NCBI GenBank assembly: GCA_050331735.1
Contig: JBHJGN010000031.1
Location: forward strand, 32,001 to 96,000
Direction: 5' to 3'
DNA length: 64,000 nt
Origin: Cyanophyceae cyanobacterium
GTDB taxonomy: Bacteria; Cyanobacteriota; Cyanobacteriia; Cyanobacteriales; JBHJGN01
In this document: piece by piece, positions 30,948 to 41,627 of the stretch
How positions within the stretch are numbered: the stretch's first letter is position 1
Layout of the letters: every line of letters begins with the position of its first letter
The notes under the pieces: model-generated
What the model saw: the letters and a program-made list of their open reading frames with translations, nothing else
What the model was told of the DNA's origin: nothing
Database searches by the model: none
Made by a program: the position numbers and the translations under genes

Positions 30948-31208
30948 TTACTCCTGTATCTCTTGCTCAGATTGAACGTGAGGCTCAGCGTTGTGGGCCC
31001 CAGCTTGAGCCTGTAGCTGCCGCTCTCGCTCCACCGTCATCAACTGAGCAATCCAATGACGGGTATGCTTAAACTGGTGAGTTTTTTCGAGGCGGCCTGT
31101 GGCTTTCTGAAGCCTCAATTCAAATAACTTCCGCTTGGCGGCAACAATTTCATCCGCTAGCTCTTCGTCACTTAACTCTCTTGCCTGATTTATTTTAGGT
31201 AGGGCCAT
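30948..31208 (-). CDS. rpmC: 50S ribosomal protein L29
   Basis: LF.LR.Q, H.F...R..IAQL.T; cluster position. Confidence 0.93.
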   Translation of the reverse strand: MALPKINQARELSDEELADEIVAAKRKLFELRLQKATGRLEKTHQFKHTRHWIAQLMTVERERQLQAQAGAHNAEPHVQSEQEIQE

Positions 31209-31211
31209 GAG

Positions 31212-31631
31212 CTATACGATCTCCTCTTCGCGACTAATAAACTTCGTTTTAATCGGGAGTTTTTGGGCAGCTAACCGCATCGCTTCTCGGGCAACCTCTT
31301 CGGGAACACCCGCAATTTCAAACATAATCCGCCCGGGTTTGACGACAGCTACCCAGTACTCTGGAGATCCTTTACCCGAGCCCATGCGAGTTTCTGCCGG
31401 ACGCATGGTAACTGGCTTGTCTGGGAACACCCGAATCCAGATTTTTCCTCCTCTACGAATGTAGCGATTCATCGCTCGACGAGCTGCCTCAATTTGGCGA
31501 GATGTAATCCAGCTTGGTTCTGTTGCTCTTAGAGCAAAATCACCAAAGTTAATCTGGTTACCTCGGTTAGCGAGACCTTTCATCCGTCCGCGATGCTGCT
31601 TGCGAAATTTTGTTCTTCTTGGACTTAACAT
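31212..31631 (-). CDS. rplP: 50S ribosomal protein L16
   Basis: RTKFRK.HRG, RMGSGKG. Confidence 0.97.
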   Translation of the reverse strand: MLSPRRTKFRKQHRGRMKGLANRGNQINFGDFALRATEPSWITSRQIEAARRAMNRYIRRGGKIWIRVFPDKPVTMRPAETRMGSGKGSPEYWVAVVKPGRIMFEIAGVPEEVAREAMRLAAQKLPIKTKFISREEEIV

Positions 31632-31685
31632 GACTAGACAGAAGCAATTGTGGGCTTGGATAGAGACTTGTGAACTCGAGTGACG

Positions 31686-32408
31686 CTATTCGTTTGAGCG
31701 ATCTTCAAACTGCTGTCGTCGTCTCTGACGGCGAGGAGCTTGGGAGGGGGGAGGAGCAGGCGGTTCTTCCTGACCCGGCACAATTTCTCCTTTAAAAATC
31801 CAGACTTTGACTCCTAAAATCCCGTAGATTGTTTGAGCCGTGCGGTAAGCATAGTCGATATCAGCTCGCAGAGTGTGTAGGGGAACTCTTCCTTCTCGTG
31901 TCCACTCCGTTCGAGCAATTTCTGCTCCGTTGAGTCGACCGCCGACCTGAATTTTAATACCCTGAACCTCGGCTCGCTGTGCTCTTTGAATTGCCTGTCG
32001 AACAACCCGGCGAAACGAAACTCGTCGCTCGAGCTGCTGAGCAATGTACTCGGCGATTAGGGCAGCATCTGCATCAACCTGCGAGACTTCAATCACGTTA
32101 ATCCGAATCTGGCGGTTGCCTCCTAGGGCTTCTTGCAGTCCGGTTCGTAGTGATTCAATGCCGCTGCCGCCGCGACCAACGACGACTCCCGGTCGAGCGG
32201 TATGGATTTCGAGATCGACCTGATCGGCTTTTCGCTCGATCTGAATTCGAGAAATACCGGCATTGCTCAGGTTCTTCTCGATGTACTGACGAATAAAATA
32301 GTCTTCTTGTAAGAGCTCTGGATAGCGTTTGCTATCAGCATACCAGCGAGATTGATGCTCTTTAGTAATTCCCAAGCGGAACCCGATTGGATGGATTTTT
32401 TGTCCCAC
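31686..32408 (-). CDS. rpsC: 30S ribosomal protein S3
   Basis: [34 protein letters not shown] at 32408. Confidence 0.97.
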   Translation of the reverse strand: MGQKIHPIGFRLGITKEHQSRWYADSKRYPELLQEDYFIRQYIEKNLSNAGISRIQIERKADQVDLEIHTARPGVVVGRGGSGIESLRTGLQEALGGNRQIRINVIEVSQVDADAALIAEYIAQQLERRVSFRRVVRQAIQRAQRAEVQGIKIQVGGRLNGAEIARTEWTREGRVPLHTLRADIDYAYRTAQTIYGILGVKVWIFKGEIVPGQEEPPAPPPSQAPRRQRRRQQFEDRSNE

Positions 32409-32460
32409 AAATTTTTCCTCTAGCAAGCGTGCTGTGTCTACAATTGACTGTCAGTTGCAA

Positions 32461-32823
32461 TCAAGCTTCCGGTGTCTCAGGAGCAACAGCAACGGTAATA
32501 TGACAGGTTGGTTTACGAATTTGATAAGCTCGGCCTTGGGCTCTAGGTCGGTAGCGCTTCAGGGTTGGGCCGCCGTCGGCATAAGCCTGACTAACGACGA
32601 GCTCAGCAGGATTAAGACCCGCGTTGTGTTCGGCATTAGCGGCTGCCGACCGCAACACTTTCAAAACCGGACCGCAGGCTCGGTAAGGCATAAACTCGAG
32701 AACAATTAAAGCTTCTCGGTAAGTACGACCGCGAATCTGGTCTAAGACGCGCCGGACTTTAAACGGTGACATCCGCACGTAGCGAGCCACCGCTTTCACC
32801 TGTGCTGAAGTATCTACTACCAT
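32461..32823 (-). CDS. rplV: 50S ribosomal protein L22
   Basis: SP.KVR, SAAANA, PRAQGRA; ATG at 32823. Confidence 0.96.
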   Translation of the reverse strand: MVVDTSAQVKAVARYVRMSPFKVRRVLDQIRGRTYREALIVLEFMPYRACGPVLKVLRSAAANAEHNAGLNPAELVVSQAYADGGPTLKRYRPRAQGRAYQIRKPTCHITVAVAPETPEA

Positions 32824-32860
32824 AAGTTTCTCCGAATTTGATCGTAAATAACTGCCGTGA

Positions 32861-33142
32861 CTATCTCCGACCGGCTTTTTTATCACCTTTGGCGTGCCCT
32901 TTAAAAGTGCGAGTCGGGGCAAATTCTCCCAGTTTGTGGCCAACCATTTGCTCAGAGACAAAGACCGGGACGTGTTGACGACCATTGTGAACGGCGATAG
33001 TATGCCCAACCATCTGAGGCAAGACTGTCGAAGCTCTCGACCAGGTTTTAATGACCTGCTTCTCTCCTTTAGAGTTGAGCTTTTCAATTTTTGACAGTAG
33101 GCTATCGGCGACAAACGGACCTTTTTTTAATGAACGACCCAT
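32861..33142 (-). CDS. rpsS: 30S ribosomal protein S19
   Basis: [20 protein letters not shown]. Confidence 0.97.
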   Translation of the reverse strand: MGRSLKKGPFVADSLLSKIEKLNSKGEKQVIKTWSRASTVLPQMVGHTIAVHNGRQHVPVFVSEQMVGHKLGEFAPTRTFKGHAKGDKKAGRR

Positions 33143-33179
33143 AGTATTTGCGATATATAAGTAATAACGACTACTAAAG

Positions 33180-34025
33180 CTAATCTTTTCCTTTCCCGGT
33201 ACGCCGACGGCGAACGATCAGAGCATTACTGCGCTTTTTCGCTTTGCGGGTTTTAGCTCCCAGGGCTGGTTTCCCCCAGGGGGAAACGGGCCCTGATCTG
33301 CCGATAGGCGCTCTGCCCTCACCACCGCCGTGGGGATGGTCTACCGGGTTCATCGCACTGCCTCTCACTTTGGGCCGCCGACCGAGGTGACGAGAACGAC
33401 CCGCTTTACCAAGGCTCAGGTTTCTGTCGTCAGGATTGCCTACTCGACCGATGGTGGCGTAGCATTCCTTGCGCACCATTCGCACTTCTTTAGAGGGAAG
33501 CCGTAACGTGATATAGTTTCCTTCTTTAGCGACAACCTGGGCAGACGTTCCGGCCCCGCGAACAATCTGTCCGCCTCGACCGGGATTAAGTTCTACATTG
33601 TGAACCTCAGTTCCCAGAGGGATACGACTCAAGGGGAGGGCGTTCCCGACCTCAAAGGGGGCATCGTGGCCAGCAATAATAGTTGCTCCGACTTCAATTC
33701 CTAGTGGGGCCAAGATGTAGCGCTTTTCTCCGTCTTGATAAAAGACGAGAGCAATGCGGGCATTCCGGTTAGGATCGTACTCGATCGCCTCTACCTTGGC
33801 TGGAATGTTGCGCTTGTCGCGACGGAAGTCAATAGTGCGATAGCGTTTTTTGTGTCCGCCTCCCCGGCGGCGTGAGGTGATCACACCGCGATTGTTGCGT
33901 CCCTTTGCGCTATGTTTGAACTTAGTAAGGGACTTTTCAGGAGTTGATTTTGTAATCTCGGAGAAGTCTGATGTTGTTGCCTGGCGAGTGCCTGGTGTAT
34001 ATGGTCGATAGGAGCGGGTACCCAT
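33180..34025 (-). CDS. rplB: 50S ribosomal protein L2
   Basis: [25 protein letters not shown]. Confidence 0.97.
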   Translation of the reverse strand: MGTRSYRPYTPGTRQATTSDFSEITKSTPEKSLTKFKHSAKGRNNRGVITSRRRGGGHKKRYRTIDFRRDKRNIPAKVEAIEYDPNRNARIALVFYQDGEKRYILAPLGIEVGATIIAGHDAPFEVGNALPLSRIPLGTEVHNVELNPGRGGQIVRGAGTSAQVVAKEGNYITLRLPSKEVRMVRKECYATIGRVGNPDDRNLSLGKAGRSRHLGRRPKVRGSAMNPVDHPHGGGEGRAPIGRSGPVSPWGKPALGAKTRKAKKRSNALIVRRRRTGKGKD

Positions 34026-34078
34026 AGCTGATCGAGAGTAAAGGACAGATATTCAAAAGGCGATCGCGCTTGTGATGC

Positions 34079-34381
34079 TTAAACCTCGGGGAAGAGCGCA
34101 ATAGAATCTCCGGCTTGCAGAGTGACAATCGCTCTTTTATAGAGGGGCTTATAGCCAACAAATCTTCCTAGTCTTTTCTGCTTGCGTGGCGGACGGATCG
34201 TGTTGACTTTGATCACCGTCACGTCAAAGAGGCTTTCGATGGCAGCCTTGATCTGTGGCTTGGTCGCTTTCGGCAGCACATCAAACACGTACTTGTTCTG
34301 CTCGAGGAGCAAAGTCGCTTTTTCCGTGACCACGGGCTGTCGGACGAGATCCGCTAGGGTGCGAGGGTCATATTTATTCAC
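34079..34381 (-). CDS. rplW: 50S ribosomal protein L23
   Basis: P.VTEK, ATK.QIK.A.E, KRAIVTL; GTG at 34381. Confidence 0.95.
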   Translation of the reverse strand: MNKYDPRTLADLVRQPVVTEKATLLLEQNKYVFDVLPKATKPQIKAAIESLFDVTVIKVNTIRPPRKQKRLGRFVGYKPLYKRAIVTLQAGDSIALFPEV

Positions 34382-35003
34382 CGTATACCTCCTGAATATG
34401 AGCGATCGCGTCCGTCGTAGCCACAATCTTATCGGCCAACAGCAGATCGTAAACGTTAATGTTGTTCGCTTTGATGATCTTCAAGTTGCTGATGTTGCGA
34501 GCCGAAAGATAAACATTGTCAACGATCTCTGGCAGAATCAATAGCACTTTGACATCCTCAACCCCCCATCGCCGGAGAGCTGAAACTAACTCCTTAGTCT
34601 TCGGTCTGGAGAGCTGTTGAGCAAAATCTTCGACGACAACCATATCTGCTGCTCGGGAGCTAAATGCGGTCCTGAGAGCCAATTGTCGCTCTTTGCGGTT
34701 CATTTTGATGTGGTACTCTTTCGGCTTCGGACCGAAAATAACTCCACCACCGCGCCACAGGGGAGAGCGAATTGAACCGGCGCGAGCTCGCCCGGTTCCT
34801 TTTTGCCGCCACGGTTTGCGACCGCCGCCTCGGACTTCGGCTCTCGTTTTAGTAGAGGCCGTACCCTGACGGGAGTTTGTGCGCTGCCGTACCAGAGCGC
34901 GATGCACAATATGAGCAGCATTTTTCTCTTTCGCTACTCGCAAGTTGAAAGAAGTTTTTCCAACCTCTTCTCCTTGCCAGTTTTTTACAACACAATTAAC
35001 CAT
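34374..35003 (-). CDS. rplD: 50S ribosomal protein L4
   Basis: [23 protein letters not shown]. Confidence 0.97.
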   Translation of the reverse strand: MVNCVVKNWQGEEVGKTSFNLRVAKEKNAAHIVHRALVRQRTNSRQGTASTKTRAEVRGGGRKPWRQKGTGRARAGSIRSPLWRGGGVIFGPKPKEYHIKMNRKERQLALRTAFSSRAADMVVVEDFAQQLSRPKTKELVSALRRWGVEDVKVLLILPEIVDNVYLSARNISNLKIIKANNINVYDLLLADKIVATTDAIAHIQEVYGE

Positions 35004-35070
35004 GTTCTCTGTCCTTAAGTGACATTCGGCAAACCAAGCACTTCAACCAGGGGGCTAACGAGCGACTGGC

Positions 35071-35709
35071 CTACTTTCCTACTTTGTTTGTAGGAGTAAT
35101 ATTGAGTAGGGTTCCGGGTTTACCAGGAACGGCCCCTTTGATGATGAGCAAGTTGCGCTCAGCATCGACGTTAACGACAGTGAGCTTGCGAATCGTTACT
35201 TTTGTGTTGCCGTACTGACCCGCCATTCTTTTCCCAGGATAGACACGACCTGGAGTCGTCCCTGCTCCTGTCGAACCAGGCAGGCGGTGGTTTTTAGAGC
35301 CGTGGGACATCGAGCCACGCTTGAAATTATGGCGCTTTTGATAACCAGCAAAGCCACGACCAATGCTGGTGCCAGAGACATCTACAATATCTCCAACACT
35401 AAACTGATCGACTTTAAGAGGTTGCCCCAGTTCAAATTGACTAGCGTCTTCAACGCGATACTCTTTAAGGTGACGCACCGGAGGCGAAGCAGATTTACCG
35501 AGATGACCCAGGAGGGGTTTGTTGAGGGCCTTCGGCTTGACCTCCTTGAAGCCAACCTGAATGGAGGTATAGCCGTCAGTTTCTTGGGTTTTGATTTGGG
35601 TAACGGGGCACGGACCAGCCTGAACGACCGTTACAGGAATGGCAATTCCTGATTCTTGATCGAAGATCTGGGTCATACCGAGTTTGGTACCGAGGATGCC
35701 TACAGACAC
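35071..35709 (-). CDS. rplC: 50S ribosomal protein L3
   Basis: KLGMTQ, G.GF.G..KRH, KGAVPG. Confidence 0.97.
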   Translation of the reverse strand: MSVGILGTKLGMTQIFDQESGIAIPVTVVQAGPCPVTQIKTQETDGYTSIQVGFKEVKPKALNKPLLGHLGKSASPPVRHLKEYRVEDASQFELGQPLKVDQFSVGDIVDVSGTSIGRGFAGYQKRHNFKRGSMSHGSKNHRLPGSTGAGTTPGRVYPGKRMAGQYGNTKVTIRKLTVVNVDAERNLLIIKGAVPGKPGTLLNITPTNKVGK

Positions 35710-36130
35710 GGGAGATACAGCCTCTACTTGCTTGACACAACATGAAAGGAGCTGGAACTAGCCAGACTCAAAAACGCTGAAGCGAGCGCTCGCTTCAGGA
35801 CTCCACACGACTGCTCCTAAACGAGGAAGGATAGATTCCCCGCTAGAACTTGTAAGAGTGGACGAGTTTATACAACCTACTACTAGTGGTTGACTGAAGT
35901 TGCCTGTTTCCTAAAGACTTGAAGATTTTTTCCTTCAGTATCTCTCGGGGGCAATGCTGACAAAAGCTAAGGCATGCCAGCAGTAACCAACGGAGCAAAG
36001 TACTGCCTGATACGGTCAACGATTTTGCACTGCTTTTGACTCAATAGTTATCGTCCTTACTAGACCGACTAGCCTTTTGCAGTTGCTGTTGACGGGAGAT
36101 CAATATGGTTCCGTATGGCCACAATCGTTT

Positions 36131-36159
36131 ACTATAAACTATTATTTGGCCAGGGTCAA
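36131..36159 (-). promoter_or_regulatory. sigma70-type promoter of the ribosomal supercluster
   Basis: Minus strand TTGACC-N17-TATAGT; implies a TSS near 36124. Confidence 0.65.
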
Positions 36160-36241
36160 GTCAATCAACAAAATATTTTCGATTAACTCGTTGAACTATA
36201 ATCATGACAGTAATTTTACTAATAAAAGTTTAACTAGATAT

Positions 36242-36715
36242 ATGGCGCTGATTACCACTGGTAAATCGTTTATTCGCGATTTAGAGAAGTCGGGGGCTTT
36301 AGGAGTCTATGTTCCTCTGGAAGGAGGCTTTGAGGGTCGCTACCAGCGGCGCTTACGGACAATGCACTACGCTACTTTTCATCTGAGCGCGAGGGGACTA
36401 GGAGATCCGGCTGCCTACTTAACAGGCTTGCATGGCATACGACCGCCTCATTTGGGCAAGAAGAACATTGGTCAAGATGCAGCAGTCGGTCCGATTTACT
36501 ATGTGCTCCCGATTGCTAGCTACCAGCTAGAGACGCTACCAGCCAACGCCAAGGGTTTAGTGTTGTGGATTATTGAAGGACACATTTTGTCTCGTGAGGA
36601 GAAAGAGTACTTAATTAATCTCCCGCAGCTAGAACCGCGAATTAAGGTGGTTTTAGAAGTGGGAGGCGATCGCCGTTTCCGCTGGCAGCCGTTGTCAGAA
36701 ACCCTCGCTTCTTAG
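36242..36715 (+). CDS. ndhN: NDH-1 subunit N
   Basis: MALITTG, PLEGG.EGRY.RRLR, SARGLGD, RPPHLGK; divergent from rplC as usual in cyanobacteria. Confidence 0.95.
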   Translation: MALITTGKSFIRDLEKSGALGVYVPLEGGFEGRYQRRLRTMHYATFHLSARGLGDPAAYLTGLHGIRPPHLGKKNIGQDAAVGPIYYVLPIASYQLETLPANAKGLVLWIIEGHILSREEKEYLINLPQLEPRIKVVLEVGGDRRFRWQPLSETLAS

Positions 36716-36838
36716 TTGGTCCAAGAAACTCTGCTGGTGAGCATCGTCTGTCATCAGCTCGGGGGATTGGAAGGGATAGTTGCCCAAAAAAGATGAAATT
36801 GTGTTAATGTTATACATGCTAGAGAAATACGCTTAGCT

Positions 36839-36909
36839 GCGGGTGTAGTTTAGTGGTAAAACCTCAGCCTTCCAAGCTGATGATGGGGGTTCGATTCCCC
36901 CTACCCGCT
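36839..36909 (+). tRNA. trnG: tRNA-Gly (TCC)
   Basis: GCGGGTGTAGTTTAGTGGTAAAACCTCAGCCT-TCC-AAGCTGATGATGGGGGTTCGATTCCCCCTACCCGCT; CCA not encoded. Confidence 0.97.
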
Positions 36910-36946
36910 TTCTGTACATAATAAATTTCAAAGATATTGGTGGAGT

Positions 36947-38164
36947 TTAGTTTGGCTCTACGACCGACAAAACGGCTTTTGGTGACAGCTTATCCTTAAA
37001 CCAGATAACCTGAGCGGGCACATCTGTGCTTCTGACCCCGGCTTTGGCTAAATTCAGTCGTTCAGAAATCGCCAAAATAAGATTGTCTGCTTCAGCACGC
37101 CGGACCTGAGAAAACTTCTTTTGCAGATATTCCGGTCGCCAGTAGCCCACAATTTCTAGCAAAAAGTCTCGCCCGTCGGGATGCACGAGGCGAAAGTCTG
37201 GAATCATCACGCTCCCGGGAAGCGGCACTAAATCGACCTCTCGTTCTAAGCGCCACTCGGTTTTCAGGCTCGACCACCGCTGAGCAAACGAAGCCTCCAG
37301 CATACTATCGTAGGGTTTGCCGGGGGGATAGTGACTGACCAAATCACAGTGATCGCTGAGCCTGAAGTATCCTGTTCTGATCTCTTTGCTGTAGGAATCG
37401 CGGTTGTGCAATCGTGCGGTTAGACTCCATTTGCTGACATGCAGCAAGGCCGGAATCATTTTTGCCAAGGACAAGCCATAGCGAGTGCTAGGCTTAAACA
37501 AACTGGCCGGACCGTCTAACGTAATTGTAAATCCGGTATCGGCATCTCCTTCAATGTAAGCCATCAAGCTAAACAGCTTCAGATAGCGAAACAGCAGCTT
37601 ATACTCGCCAGGATCGTTGCGATGAGCATTAATAATGATTTCGCTGGCTCGATAAAAAATTCCCTGAACCTGCGCCAGGTTATAGCGGTGGAGCAGCGCT
37701 TCTGGGGTTGGTGGCTCAAACTGAGTCAGCAGGCGATTCTCTGGCAGATCGGCATACAAACCTGTTTCAATTTCGTTAGGGAGGACTTCTCGGTTAAGCT
37801 CGTGGGTGAGGCTGCTTGCTAACGCCTCTAAAATCTGAGAACGATGAGCCGGAACAGGAATGCTGCGATTAGCTTGGGCAAATACGCGCTGTCTGAGCAG
37901 GAGTGGTTCTAGGGGACTGACAATTTCAAAAGTAGAAAAGCTACTTTTCAACAGATGAGCCAGTCCCCTCTTAATACGGTAGTTTGGACTGTCCCCTTCG
38001 AGGGCCAACAGTTTTTTGTTAAGTTCTTTCTGAGGACTTCCCAGACAGTCTTGAAAGCAGTTAATCTGTTCAGTAGCAAGGGCCAGGTTTTGCTCGATGG
38101 ATAATCGTTTAGGGACAATGGTTTCACCATTGTGTCGGTGAATGAGCAAATTGCTAGGAAGCAT
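36947..38164 (-). CDS. DUF790 family predicted nuclease (Bax1-like)
   Basis: LYADL, YNLAQ.QG, DGPASLF...RYG, IPDF...EIVGYW.PEYL.KK. Confidence 0.88.
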   Translation of the reverse strand: MLPSNLLIHRHNGETIVPKRLSIEQNLALATEQINCFQDCLGSPQKELNKKLLALEGDSPNYRIKRGLAHLLKSSFSTFEIVSPLEPLLLRQRVFAQANRSIPVPAHRSQILEALASSLTHELNREVLPNEIETGLYADLPENRLLTQFEPPTPEALLHRYNLAQVQGIFYRASEIIINAHRNDPGEYKLLFRYLKLFSLMAYIEGDADTGFTITLDGPASLFKPSTRYGLSLAKMIPALLHVSKWSLTARLHNRDSYSKEIRTGYFRLSDHCDLVSHYPPGKPYDSMLEASFAQRWSSLKTEWRLEREVDLVPLPGSVMIPDFRLVHPDGRDFLLEIVGYWRPEYLQKKFSQVRRAEADNLILAISERLNLAKAGVRSTDVPAQVIWFKDKLSPKAVLSVVEPN

Positions 38165-38211
38165 GTGGGGAAATATTAGCGAGCGACGTACTGCAATTAA
38201 CGGAAGAATTC

Positions 38212-39060
38212 ATGCTTAATCATACCGTCTATAGACCGCTAGAGTGCCGCCCTGATAGTTATCAAGGGTGGTATCAACAGGGAAATTTACTGCGGGAACG
38301 ACAGCAGTATGATGAGGCTCTATTCAGCTACGAAAAGGCTCTAGAATATTATCCGAACGACTACTGGGCTTGGTATTGGCGAGGCAAAGTCCTCGAAGCT
38401 CTCGGAGAGCTTAACGAAGCGACTCATAGCTATGCTAACGCTGCCAAGCTTCAGCCAGAGAATTACTGGGCGTGGTACGACCAGGGGTGCTTGTGGAGCA
38501 TTCAGTCGCAGTACGAGCGGGCAATCGCCTGTTTTGAACGAGCTTTACGATGCCATCCTCGCGATTACTGGTGTTTCTATCGCCAAGGAGAAGCATGGCG
38601 GTTCTTAGGGAAGTATGACCGGGCCATTGACTGTTTTGACGAGGCTCTTGCGGTGAGAGACAGAGACTACTGGGCGTGGTATCGTCGGGGTGATAGCCTC
38701 AGACTCAGCGGACAACTAGAAGCGGCTTTAGAAAACTATCAGCAAGCCTTGTCCACCAAACCGGGTGACTATTGGGCTTGGTTTGAGCAAGGGGAAATCC
38801 TTCAGCAAACAGAACAGTGTTCTCAAGCTATTCACTGTTATCAGCAAGCGCTTCTGGCTGCACCAGAAGATGACTGTGCCCGGTATGCTTTAGCGTGCTG
38901 CTATGCTCAATTGAATGAGAGCGAAGAGGCCATGAATAGTTTAGAGTTGATCGCAGCTCCTCACTACTTAGAACTAGCTCAATCCGAGTCTGCCTTCGTT
39001 TATCTGCACCAACATCAGCGGTTTCACAATTGGCTCTCTAGTCAAGAACTGGCGAGTTGA
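38212..39060 (+). CDS. Tetratricopeptide repeat protein
   Basis: 34-aa periodic (D/N)YWAWY..G repeats; terminal YALACCYA. Confidence 0.92.
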   Translation: MLNHTVYRPLECRPDSYQGWYQQGNLLRERQQYDEALFSYEKALEYYPNDYWAWYWRGKVLEALGELNEATHSYANAAKLQPENYWAWYDQGCLWSIQSQYERAIACFERALRCHPRDYWCFYRQGEAWRFLGKYDRAIDCFDEALAVRDRDYWAWYRRGDSLRLSGQLEAALENYQQALSTKPGDYWAWFEQGEILQQTEQCSQAIHCYQQALLAAPEDDCARYALACCYAQLNESEEAMNSLELIAAPHYLELAQSESAFVYLHQHQRFHNWLSSQELAS

Positions 39061-39080
39061 AGCAGATTAGTTGAGCGCTC

Positions 39081-39230
39081 GTGATGCCAATTACCACCAG
39101 GCGCTTTTCACTCCCTGAATATCATCGTCTCGTTGAGTCAGGGGTTCTCAGCGAAGATGAGCGCGTCGAGTTAATTCGCGGAGAACTCGTAGAGATGGCG
39201 GCAAAAGGAACTCGTCATTCTGGCCGAACT
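39081..39230 (+). pseudogene. 5' fragment of a Uma2 (DUF820) family gene
   Basis: RRFSL.EYHRL.E.GVL..DERVELI.GELVEM.....H is a typical Uma2 N-terminus; similarity stops at ~aa 48, before the PD-(D/E)xK core. Confidence 0.75.
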
Positions 39231-39236
39231 CCCAAT

Positions 39237-39890
39237 CTATTTTGTTTGGATCAGGTAGCCGCAGCGATGCTCGCCGTTGTTGAGCCAGTGGGTGCGTTCT
39301 ACGGTGCAGTCGGGGAGCACATCGGCAAACATTTCCAGTTCGTGACCGCAAACGCTTGGATAGGATTCGGCCACTTCAGAAATAGCACAGTTGTGTTCTG
39401 CGAGGATATAGTTTTCTTTGGTACTGTTTGTCTGAGAGGGAATATACAGCTCTGCCATATAGCCTTCTTCCTGACGCAGCTTGACCAGCTTGGCTACTCG
39501 CTCTTTAAGTAATCCAGAACCGATGCGATCGCGGTAAACTTTCGCTTTACGTTGCCACTGCTTGCGTAAGACTTGCCCGAACTGTTCTTCTCCGACCGTC
39601 TCTACTAAAGTATCGAAAAAAGAGACGGTAAATTCTCCGTAGCGCTGCGGAAAGCGATGGCGCCCCTCACGGCTAAGCTGATAGACGTTCTGCGGTCTGC
39701 CCATGCCCTGCTGGATTGACCGATATTCTACTAACTTCTCAGCTTCTAAATCTTTGAGATGCCGACGCACTGCTTGAGGACTGATTCCTAAACTATCGGC
39801 AAGCTGCTGCGCCGTTGCTTGACGCTTGAGTAAATGCTGTAGAATGTCGTCTTTAGTATTCGTAGTAGAGGTAGAGTGAGTGCTAGTCAT
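39237..39890 (-). CDS. sufR: Fe-S cluster transcriptional repressor SufR
   Basis: N-terminal HTH (RRHLKDLE, GRP); C-x12-C-x13-C-x14-C; divergent from sufB. Confidence 0.95.
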   Translation of the reverse strand: MTSTHSTSTTNTKDDILQHLLKRQATAQQLADSLGISPQAVRRHLKDLEAEKLVEYRSIQQGMGRPQNVYQLSREGRHRFPQRYGEFTVSFFDTLVETVGEEQFGQVLRKQWQRKAKVYRDRIGSGLLKERVAKLVKLRQEEGYMAELYIPSQTNSTKENYILAEHNCAISEVAESYPSVCGHELEMFADVLPDCTVERTHWLNNGEHRCGYLIQTK

Positions 39891-39940
39891 TTTGCTCAAT
39901 CGCTGGCCTTAAATCGCTTCAGCCTTTTGTGAAGCTTTGA

Positions 39941-39999
39941 CAACAATCTGGTTGTTAATCTATTCTAATCTAAGATAGAATTAAACAACAAATTTGTTG
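39941..39999. promoter_or_regulatory. Two SufR operators (CAAC-N6-GTTG)
   Basis: CAAC-AATCTG-GTTG at 39941-39954 and CAAC-AAATTT-GTTG at 39986-39999. Confidence 0.88.
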
Positions 40000-40089
40000 T
40001 TTTAATTGGCAGCTCAGCTAAGCGCTGCTGTAGCGATCGCCATCTCCTCCCCGATTTAGACAAATATATTAACCGTTAAGAGCTAACTA

Positions 40090-41532
40090 ATGAGTGCCAC
40101 TTCAGTCAAAAATCTAGTCAATCAGCCCTACAAGTACGGTTTCGTCACTGATATTGAGGCAGATACCCTGCCGCGTGGTTTGAGTGAAGACATCATTCGC
40201 TTAATTTCTGCCAAGAAGAATGAACCGGAATTTATGCTTCAGTTCCGCCTCAAAGCCTATCGGCAGTGGCAGAAAATGACTGAGCCGACTTGGCCTCACG
40301 TTACCTACGCTCCTATAGATTATCAGCAAATCGTTTACTACTCAGCACCAAAGCAGAAGAAAGCCAAGCTAGATAGCTTAGAAGAAGTCGATCCGGCCCT
40401 ATTAGAAACCTTCGAGAAGCTTGGCATTCCTCTCTCTGAGCAGAAGCGACTCTCCAACGTTGCCGTTGATGCCATTTTCGATAGCGTCTCCGTCGCCACC
40501 ACCTTTAAAGAGAAGCTTGCCGAAGAGGGAGTGGTATTTTGCTCGATCTCAGAAGCGGTTCAGGAACACCCGGAACTGGTAGAAAAGTATATTGGCTCCG
40601 TCGTTCCCGTTGGCGACAACTACTTTGCAGCCCTCAACTCGGCGGTGTTTAGCGATGGCTCCTTTGTGTACGTTCCCAAAGGCGTTCAATGTCCGATGGA
40701 GCTGTCGAGCTACTTCCGCATCAACTCCGGCGATACTGGGCAGTTCGAGCGCACGTTAATTATTGCCGAAGAAAGCGCATCCGTGAGCTACCTCGAAGGC
40801 TGTACGGCTCCGATGTACGATACCAACCAGCTTCATGCAGCGGTGGTAGAGCTGGTGGCTCTTGACAACGCCGACATTAAGTACTCAACGGTACAAAACT
40901 GGTACGCCGGAAATGAAGAGGGCAAAGGCGGCATCTACAACTTTGTCACTAAGCGCGGGTTGTGTAAAGGAATCAATTCCAAGATTTCCTGGACGCAGGT
41001 AGAAACAGGCTCTGCCATTACCTGGAAATACCCAAGCTGTGTGTTAGCTGGAGATAACTCCGTGGGAGAATTCTACTCCATTGCGCTTACTAATCATAGG
41101 CAGCAAGCCGACACCGGCACCAAAATGGTTCACATCGGCAAGAACACCCGCAGCACGATTATTTCTAAGGGAATTTCTGCTGGGAAATCGAAAAACAGCT
41201 ACCGAGGCTTGGTTAAGATGGGACCGAAAGCCCAAGGAGCGAGGAACTATTCCCAGTGCGACTCGATGCTGTTGGGAGACAACGCCGAAGCTAACACCTA
41301 CCCCTACATTCAGGTAGAGAACAACACGGCCAAAGTCGAGCACGAAGCCTCCACCTCCAAGATTGGGGAGGATCAACTATTTTATTTTGCCCAGCGCGGC
41401 ATCTCTGAGGAAAACGCCGTCTCTATGCTAGTAGCGGGCTTTTGCAAGGATGTCCTCAACGAGCTACCCATGGAGTTTGCTGCTGAAGCCGATAAGCTAT
41501 TAAGTCTTAAGCTAGAAGGAACCGTCGGCTAA
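40090..41532 (+). CDS. sufB: Fe-S assembly protein SufB
   Basis: YKYGF, FDSVS, GQFERTL, EGCTAP, TWKYP, HEA; no intein. Confidence 0.97.
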   Translation: MSATSVKNLVNQPYKYGFVTDIEADTLPRGLSEDIIRLISAKKNEPEFMLQFRLKAYRQWQKMTEPTWPHVTYAPIDYQQIVYYSAPKQKKAKLDSLEEVDPALLETFEKLGIPLSEQKRLSNVAVDAIFDSVSVATTFKEKLAEEGVVFCSISEAVQEHPELVEKYIGSVVPVGDNYFAALNSAVFSDGSFVYVPKGVQCPMELSSYFRINSGDTGQFERTLIIAEESASVSYLEGCTAPMYDTNQLHAAVVELVALDNADIKYSTVQNWYAGNEEGKGGIYNFVTKRGLCKGINSKISWTQVETGSAITWKYPSCVLAGDNSVGEFYSIALTNHRQQADTGTKMVHIGKNTRSTIISKGISAGKSKNSYRGLVKMGPKAQGARNYSQCDSMLLGDNAEANTYPYIQVENNTAKVEHEASTSKIGEDQLFYFAQRGISEENAVSMLVAGFCKDVLNELPMEFAAEADKLLSLKLEGTVG

Positions 41533-41534
41533 AA

Positions 41535-41593
41535 CAATTAACACTCAACAATGAACCGTAATTCGATAACTGTTCATTGTTGATTGCTAATTG
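41535..41593. repeat. 22-bp imperfect inverted repeat of heptamer (STRR-like) units in the sufB-sufC spacer
   Basis: caattaacactcaacaatgaac / gttcattgttgattgctaattg; 2 mismatches, 15-nt loop. Confidence 0.75.
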
Positions 41594-41627
41594 ATCAATA
41601 ATCTATTTTCAATGCATAGACCATCAA

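Noticed and set aside
32824..33114. Long 5' extensions of rplV (likewise rplO, rpsH, rplW, rpoA, infA) in the ORF track
   Set aside because: Chance open frames overlapping the upstream genes; conserved starts lie downstream
18506..35709. Absence of rpsJ, rpsN, rpmD, map and rpsD from the ribosomal cluster
   Set aside because: Normal cyanobacterial organisation of this cluster
36077..36241. N-terminal extension of ndhN in the ORF track
   Set aside because: The recognisable NdhN starts at ATG 36242; the extension covers promoter DNA
38212..39060. Periodic tactgggc repeats suggesting a CRISPR-like array
   Set aside because: 102-bp period corresponds to TPR coding repeats; no cas genes or spacers
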